A DNA stretch of 64,000 nucleotides from Antedon mediterranea (lineage: Eukaryota > Animalia > Echinodermata). The stretch lies in contig NC_092675.1 in assembly GCF_964355755.1 (NCBI RefSeq), positions 28,988,912 to 29,052,911 of the forward strand. The letters are read 5' to 3'. Shown piece after piece: positions 55,682-64,000 of the stretch (positions are counted from its first letter, which is position 1; each line of letters opens with the position of its first letter). The notes beneath the pieces were generated by a model. The model was not told the DNA's origin, made no database searches, and worked only from the letters and a program-made list of their open reading frames with translations. A program made the position numbers and the translations under genes.

Positions 55682-57462
55682 GTGGAATAGAGTTAAAGGC
55701 ATGCGGCCACTGTGTTTGGGGTTCACAGATTATACGTCCCCCTTTCCACCACACATCATGAGGCGACAACATCAATGCATCTGGTGATGTGCTGGAAACG
55801 ACCCCAAAAGGCTGTGGCAGGGCCTTAGTGCTGAGGCAGGGAGAGCACATTTGACATCTTTTTTTTTATTAAATTTTTTTTTCAATCTGTATTCGATCTC
55901 GTGAATTTTATGTTTGTCGCCCTCAATTGTAAAATAAATTGAATTCATTTTCATCGCAGGTGTACGAAACGGTTTGGTATGCCGTGCGTTGTTATGCAAT
56001 GGTTGTGCAGGTGTAGTGGGAAATTCGCGGTCAACACGCCACACTGGTTAAATTTTGATTTTGTTAATCTATGTCCGATTCATGCAATATATTGTATGTT
56101 ATGAATAAACGTTTATGGTAGCTGGTGTGTATGGCCGCACCATCACAGAATAAAAAAGTTTTAAACAGATAGTTTGTCTCCGATGGTTTTTGTATGGGGT
56201 TAATGGAAAGTGAAATAAGATAAAATATAGAACATTTGCAAAGATGCCGATTTCTAGACCAATTTCGAAGCTTAGACTAATTTCGCCAGGCCTTAAGCAT
56301 ATACGTACGAAGTCGAATTTTAAAGTAGAAAACCCCACCTACAATTTTAAAGTCGCATCTGGATAGTTGAAATTTCAACATTATTATAAGTGATTATATA
56401 TATTAATAAGTATAAGTGCAATTCTGGGCTCTATTTTCATTATTAGCTCTGCCCCAACGATGGGCTAGTACGAGAGTTTTCATATTTTCGGGGACAAGCT
56501 CTATTGTCCTGGTGTGAGTCTTATATAGTTTGTTTCATATAACAATAACAATATCCTGGTTTTATATAGCGCCTAATGTTGTGAAACCTCTAAGCGCTGA
56601 ACATTATTACCCCAGTCATTTTTTCCTGATCAAACACCTATGGAAACATACTCCCATAATGCAGCTAGTAATCAGCGCAAAGTTGTGCCAAGTAAAGTGC
56701 AATTTTTTTCGGGCGGGAACCGATGCACCTCTATTTTTCAAAATTGTCTTTGCTCAGCCCCAAGCATGGCCGGGTACTAAAGATTCTTATACATGTTGTT
56801 TAAAAAAATTAGAGATGTCATTTCCGGGGACCTTGCAGCTAGCTCTATTTTATACAGTTTGGTAGCCGTGCGTTATTATGCAAATGAGTTTGTGCAGGTG
56901 TATTATGGGGAAGATGGTATGTTAGTCATTCGCGGTCAACACGTCACACTGTTAAATTTTGATGCTGTTAATCTTTACATTAGAAGATTGTTCAAATCAT
57001 GTAAATAAAACATTTTCCGGGCGGGAACCTAGCAGCTCCTCTCTTTTAGTTTGCAAAAGTAATCGAAAGGAACTCCATGTTGAAAAGAAGCCCACCCAAG
57101 AGTACTAAAAATGAAGAAGTGTACACGAGGTTTTGTGGCAGTCTATTCAATGGAAAATATTATGCCATGCAACTTTGTTTTGATTTTTAAAAAGGTCCAC
57201 TTGTTTAGGCCTGACATTTACAACCCTCAAAATATCTCTCTTTCAAAATAAAAGAAAAACAATATTTATTATTTTCCATATAAAAAAATATCTGTAGAGG
57301 TTCGAACCCAATCTACAAGAACGGAGCACCCAAACCTGAGAATTACCCATTAAGCCACAAAGTAGTACATAACTGAACAGCTGATAATAGTCTATTTATA
57401 CGTGTATTACGTAATTCATCATTACATCATAAATATCCTATTAACCTTGTTAAAACCAAAAT

Positions 57463-57535
57463 GACCAGTTAGCTCAGGCGACTGAGCGTCGTGTTGACAA
57501 CACGCATGTCGTGGGTTCGATTCCCACGCTGGTCG
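57463..57535 (+). tRNA. Second identical copy of the tRNA-like cloverleaf
   Basis: Same 73 nt as 55609-55681. Confidence 0.5.
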
Positions 57536-59408
57536 GTGGAATAGAGTTAAAGGCATGCGGCCACTGTGTTTGGGGTTCACAGATTATACGTCCACCACAC
57601 ATCATGAGGCGACAACATCAATGCATCTGGTGATGTGCTGGAAACGACCCCAAAATGCTGTGGCAGGGCCTTAGTGCTGAGGCAGGGAGAGCACATTTAA
57701 CATCTTTTTTTTTATTTAATTTTTTTTTCAATCTGTATTCGATCTCGTAAATTTTATGTTTGTCGCCCTCAATTGTAAAATAAATTGAATTCATTTTAAT
57801 TCATCGCCGGTGTACGAAACGGTTTGGTATGCCGTGCGTTGTTATGCAATGGTTGTGCAGGTGTAGTGGGAAATTCGCGGTCAACACGCCACACTGTTAA
57901 ATTTTGATTTTGTTAATCAATGTCTGATTCATGCAATATATTGTATGTTATGAATAAACGTTTATGGTAGTTGGTGTGTATGACCAATTTCGAAGCTTAG
58001 ACTAATTACGCCACCGAAGTCGAGTTTTAAAGTAGAAAACCCAAACCTAAAATGTTGAAGTCGCATCTGGATAGTTGAAATTTTAACATTATCATAATTA
58101 TCATAGGTGATTATGTATAGTAATAAGTATAAGTACAATTCTGGGCTCTATTTTCATTATTAGCTCTGCCCCAACGATGGGCTAGTACGAGAAGTATTAA
58201 TTAATAATCAAACGCAAGTTATTAAAATCAATGATATGGCTTGAAACTAATTTTTCTTTTGCATTACGGATGGAGTAACCAATATTTAACATAGCAAGTT
58301 TGAAATATTTTTTTCCAAAAGTAATTTTTCTTCTCGATGTTTTTGTATGTGACTATTTCGATGTGCTCCACCACTGACGCCAAATTGGATCCACTGGAGC
58401 ACAGTGTATTAACATACGAAAAGATATTAACATTCAGTGACTTATTTCTATCACTGTGCTCCACTGGTGACTTTATTTCTATTTTATATCACTGTGCTCC
58501 ACTGGCGCCAAATTAGGTCCACTTGAGTACAGTGTATTAACATACAAAAATATTGAATCTTAAGTGACTTTATTTCTATTTTATATCACTGTGGTCCCCT
58601 GGTGCCAAATTGTGTCCACTTGAGCACAGTGTTTTAACATACAAAAAGATATTTAAATTTAGTGACTTTATTTCTATTTTATATCACTGTGCTACACCGG
58701 GACCAAATTGGGTCCACTTGAGCACAGTGTATTAACATACTAAAATGTTAACATTTAGTAACTTTATTTCTATTTTATATCACTGTGCTCCACTGGCGCC
58801 AAATTGTGTCCACTTCAGAACAGTGTATTAACATACAAAACGATATTAAAAGTAGTGACTTATTTCTATTGTATATCACTGTGCTACCCTGGTGCTAAAT
58901 TGGGTCCACTTGAGCAGTTACCGTAGTACAATTTCTATTATTGAAGTTAATAAAGGCATAAATGGCGCTCCGTAGAGAAGTAGAGAACGCTCCAGTCGTC
59001 AGAATGAAGTCCTTTGGCCTAGCCTAGTCTAGTAGTAGGCCTACCTCTTATAACTTTCGATGACTATTTATATGTATTTACTTGTTTTTAGGTAAAAAAA
59101 AACATTAAATTTTATTGCGTTCAGTGTTTTTGCAATTTTAACATTCCAAATTTATAATTTTTTGATAGGCCTAGGCCTAGGCCTAACTAGATACTGACTA
59201 GCTAGGCTAGTAGGCCTCTTGTAGGCCTATCAATAAGCGCTTTAGGCCGGCCTAGGCCTAGTAGGCTAGGCCTAAGCTAGTTAAGCTAGCTAAGCTAGCT
59301 AGGAGGTGTGGCGCAAACTCATACTCTCATTCCAATATATCAGTTGTGAAGGGAAAGACCTGGTGAGAAAGACCAGAAACATAACATGCTTGGAAAGCTC
59401 ATGTAGCC

Positions 59409-62400
59409 GGGGTGTGTCGAAAGCGAAGACCTCGAAAGCGAAGATCGAAGACCGAAGACCTCGAAAGCGAAGACCCTACGAAATGGTAGTGTGCACAAAA
59501 TTCGACCAAAATCGATGATAACACCTTGAATTTACAGATTCTAAAAAAATATTTCGATTTTAATCGTTATGTTATCAAAAAACATGACTTTATCTATTTA
59601 TTTATTTATTTATTTATTTATGGAGTTAATATGTGATATAGTTTTACGAACAAACACATCGCGCTATTTGCAAGGTGACGGACACACAAGAAGGACCTCG
59701 AATTGAATGCAATATTAAATTTCACTTTTTCCGATAACTTTGTATTGTAGCACACGTCGCCTACAATTTAAAGCCATAGCCAACTGTATAGAAAAGTATA
59801 GAAATAAACTACAGAAATTGTAAGAAGTAAAGGATGACCATATGCTTATTTAGCCTAATTTTAGAGCCTATAGGCCTATAAAAAGTGTCCGTATCATAGA
59901 TTTTACACTTGTTTTTAAAAATGTTATACGTACGCGTGAATACAACTTAGAGATCCTTTTTTTTTGCATTTAAATATTATTATGTTGATGTATGTTTATT
60001 ATCTATAATATTTGCCTATTGTCTAAATGTATGAATAAATACAATAAGATATTTATTTTCCTTTAGTTATTCTGTATAGTATTTTAAACTTGTACATTTT
60101 CCCCATTGTAGCCAATACTACAGTATTACTGATTTAATTATTCGCCAGTTTAAAAATGTTTTTCTAATGTATTCATAATGGAAAAATAATATTATCAGTA
60201 TCGGTTAGTGTGGTTGGCGAAGCGACAGTACTATGTAAAGAAGAAAAATGTAAAATAAATATTTCATTAACCAACGTATGAACTACTAAACGAAAACATC
60301 CTACCGCAACGTATTGGCGCGCGCGCAACATAAGAAAATACTCTTCTATCTATTTTTGCATCCCCTCTTACGATCGAGAATCATGATGAACGTAAAGCAG
60401 TCGGTGTTGAACACGTCGGTTCCCACTTATGATGACACGCAAGAAGGCGCACTTTGCGTCGATCTGGAAACTAATTCCAGCTCTTAAAATATTTCCCGGG
60501 CCAAATTTGGCAGAATATATTCAAATTATGATTTGACAAGAAGTAAAAAGAACGAACGATATAGGCATCAGCGTTCTGCAAATTTTGGTTATAAATCGGT
60601 CGTTTCCTGCGACATATCATCTGTTTCACGGCTTCCATAATTCCGAATAATTATGGCATTATGTCAACGTTCACAAAGACAAAAGCCATTCAAAACAAAG
60701 ATTGAAATAAAAAATATTCCCTCCAAAATTACAAGTTACGGTTGCAATGTGATTAGTGACGATAGTGTGTTCACGTTTAATTTATTTTTCAATATTAAAA
60801 CGGGTGTTTATTCATATCGGTATTACGTTTACCGACACTGTCAAAAGATTAGTTTAATGAAGTTCCAGTCCCGCCAACCACAATTTTCCTCATCATCAAA
60901 TAAAAAACTGACTTTTGTTTTCAAGCATTGCCCGTGGTGAATACAAAAAGAGATACTCTCTATAAATCTTTATTAAGTGATGGTGAATGTTTATCGGGCT
61001 TAACCACTCTAACCCCCAACCTTCTATCTCACAGGCTTGTGGTTGAGACGACTATTCAACAGTCTCCCGATTTTCAACAGATTGTCGATGTCCCGCTTCT
61101 AAATGTTTGCATCCCTGCCATGAGTGTCCATTAACAAAAGAAAACATAAAATTTTAATTAAGAAACAGGTTACCGGTTGTTGACCATTTAAATATAGAAT
61201 TGACACTAATACAAACAAATCTAACAGAATTATGCTATTATAACGGGTTAACGATCAAGAAAAATGTTCAGAGTGTGATGTCTATCGTTCGTTCTACAGT
61301 ATTAGCCTTTTGTCAAATTATAATTTGAATACAGTATTATTTTTTACTTTGACATTACAAAGATATAAAATAAAGTTCCGTTAGTTCACGGTAAGCTATT
61401 GGGACGAACTGTCATTGGCCCGGGAAATATTTTAAGAGCTGAAATTGGTTTTCAGATCGACGCAAAGTGCGCCGTAAGAAAATAACGTTGCGTGTCATCA
61501 CAAGTGGGAACCGATGTGTTCAACACCATTTCTGCTTTATTACGTTCATCATGATTCTCGATCGTAAGAGGGGATGCAAAATAGATAGAAGATAGATAGA
61601 TAGATTTTCTGTTGCGCGCGCCAACGATACGTTGCGGCAGAATTTTTTTTGTTTAGTGGTTCATACGTTGGTTAATGAAATATTTATTTTCCTTAAAAGG
61701 AAAATAAATATTTCATTAACCAAAAAAAATTTACATTTTTCTTTACATCATCTGTCGCTTCTCCAACCACACTAAATATTCTGATACTGATATAGGCCCT
61801 ATTATTTGTCTATTATGAATACATTAGAAAACATTTTGAAACTGGCGATTAAGTAAAATAGCAATAGTTACAATGGGAAAATGTAAAAGTTTAAATACAA
61901 TACAGGAAAATGAATATCTTATTGTATTTATTCATACATTTAGATAATAAACAATAGGCAAATATTATAGATAAAAAACACATAGCAACATATTTAAATG
62001 CAAAAAAGATCTCTGTACCTAACATTTAAAAGCAAGTGTAAAATCTATGATACGGACACTTTTTATAGGCCTATAGGCTCTAAAATAAACCTAAATACCG
62101 GGCCTACCGCCATCCTTTACTTCTTACAATTTACTTACTGTAAGTTAATTTCTATACTTATAACCAATTGGCTATGATTTTAAATTGTTATCGGAACAAG
62201 TGACATTATTTCATGTGCGAGGTCCTTCTTGTGCGTCCGTCGCCTTGCAAATAGCGCGATGTGTTTGTTCGTAAAACTATATAACATATTAACTCTATTG
62301 GCGAAAACACGTGAGCTTGTTCATAGATAAAGTCATGATTTTTTATAATATAACGATTAAAATTGAAATATTTTTTCAGGATCTGTAAATTCAAGGTGTT

Positions 62401-62520
62401 ATCACGATTTTGTATGATTTTGGTCGGATTTTGTGCACACTACTATTTCGTAGGGTCTTCGCTTTCGAGGTCTTCGGTCTTCGATCTTCGCTTTCGAGGT
62501 CTTCGCTTTCGACACACCCC
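59409..62520. mobile_element. 3.1-kb long-TIR (Mutator/foldback-like) non-autonomous DNA transposon
   Basis: GGGGTGTGTCGAAAGCGAAGAC... / ...GTCTTCGCTTTCGACACACCCC. Direct repeat ATGTAGCC (CATGTAGCCG if the ends are 1 bp shorter) on both sides. Arms are inversely homologous over ~1.15 kb. Confidence 0.9.
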
Positions 62521-64000
62521 ATGTAGCCGGCCTAGCTAGGCCTAGCGTATCTTTCTTAATCTGGTGCTAGGCCTAGGCCTACTGCACTTTTGCACCTTCT
62601 CTCGAATTTATTTAATTTAAAAACATTCACTTGCTGCGCGGTGAAGTCTTATTATTATGCCCAGATTTAGGTGCAAAAGTACAGTGTGCCTCTTGACTTT
62701 TAATAATGTAATGATGAAAAAATAGAGTACTAATAGTACTAGGCTAGGCCTACTATCTAAACATACTAATCATGGAGGTATTATACCCCCATGTATTATT
62801 AATTAAATGCACATCAATTGTATTGCCCACTTTACAACCCCGGGAGAGGTTTGTTATGGATGTGTCATTTACAAATAATTATTCATTTATTGACGCAGAG
62901 GTGCATCGAAAACGTAAACGGTACCTCATATCAATGAACAATGGCCGTCAATTTACCACGTACACCAACCATATCTTGAACAACACGTTCGCAATGCGTC
63001 AAAATGGGTGGGTCATGGTCAACGCACCTCTCCTGGGTCATATGGTGGGTCATAAAATTGACAAGTGTATAACAGTAAGTTTAAAACCAAACTAGAAAAT
63101 TTGAAATAAAATAATTGAATGTACTGTTACCGGCCATACTAATTACGCCTAGCACAGAGCCCGGTTTCACTAAGTAGTGACCCGATATCGCATGGTGGGG
63201 TTTTATGATAAAAGATAATGTTAATACATGTTAGTAATGATTTAGTCGTAAATTTAACTTATATTTTTTTTAAAGTTATGTCAAAATTAACCTTTTCATT
63301 CGTTACACCGTATCAACAACAAAACATCACTTATCACAGAGAGGGCGGTCTTCAGTTTTGGAATAAACAATCGGTATTTTGACCGTTGGGTACATATACA
63401 AAGTATAAAACATAAATTATGTTAATATCACAATAAAATTAAATGTCATGTATCTTTTATATATTATACATTTTATCATAAAACACTACAGGGCGATATT
63501 TATAGTATGACTTACTGTTACTACTAGCTAGGATGATTGTTAATAATATTTGTAGAAAAATTGTCCACTTATTTCTACATACCGTAGGCTAAACAAACCT
63601 TTTATGTATAAAGCATTTATAATAACTAAAATATATATTTCATTTTCAGTTTTTGTGTTCAGATGCTGACAGTTTACAAGTGATCTAAATAAAAACATTT
63701 TTAATGGCTCATTACCATGGCTACCCACGTCAAAATGAACACAACGATGGTTTTGGAAGCTTACACGAAGAAGAAGCCGATTACGGACTTCCGTTCAATA
63801 ACGTTCGCACAATGGTGGTGGGAGTGTCGAAAGACGTAGATAGACAAAAAGAAACTGCGTATATAAGAACGTCACCTCGAATTAAACGGCTACCGTTTGG
63901 TTTGACATTTTTGCTGGACTCAGGAGGCTATTTTCCATTAGGCTTTATATTTTTCAGTTGGTTGTACAATTCCATATTTGTTCCATATATAGTACTTCAT

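Larger units (their letters stand above)
54821..59007. mobile_element. ~4.2-kb foldback-type non-autonomous element with modular inverted ends and an internal duplication
   Basis: ~100-bp outer inverted repeat (GGAGC.TTCTCTACTTCTCT..ACGGAGCGCCATTTATGCCTTTATT...GTACTACGGTAACTG). Inverted arrays of ~80-100-bp units at 54922-55360 and 58340-58915. Direct duplication ~55424-56474 / ~57273-58192. Exact ends uncertain and no TSD seen. Confidence 0.8.

Noticed and set aside
55777-55810. Hammerhead-ribozyme-like CTGGTGA...GAAAC in the tRNA-like unit extension
   Set aside because: The core deviates from CTGANGA and I could not build stems I-III convincingly.
63860-64000. TATA-like TATATAAG near the window end as a new promoter
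   Set aside because: No downstream gene is visible within the window to support it.

Overview
AT-rich, intron-rich animal genomic DNA; an invertebrate, probably deuterostome or echinoderm-like source is an inference only. Two housekeeping genes lie head-to-head with 131 bp between their ATGs. EXOSC3/RRP40 is on the minus strand (exons 1-2 visible, gene runs off the left edge). A complete FCHO1/2-family gene (F-BAR, APA linker, mu-homology domain) is on the plus strand: 25 hand-spliced coding exons, 2654..49999, 2856 nt, 951 aa, with a U12-type AT-AC intron and microexons. FCHO intron 2 holds a young, full-length 5.4-kb DIRS1-type tyrosine-recombinase retrotransposon. An internally deleted sister copy sits in an EXOSC3 intron and smaller relics of its ends lie nearby. 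The rest is MITEs, SINEs, minisatellites and, downstream of FCHO, two large foldback-type elements, one carrying duplicated divergent tRNA-like Pol III units. Comparing repeat copies shows many TA-to-TACAGTA insertions matching Tc1/mariner excision footprints. All coordinates were read by eye and no database search was possible.
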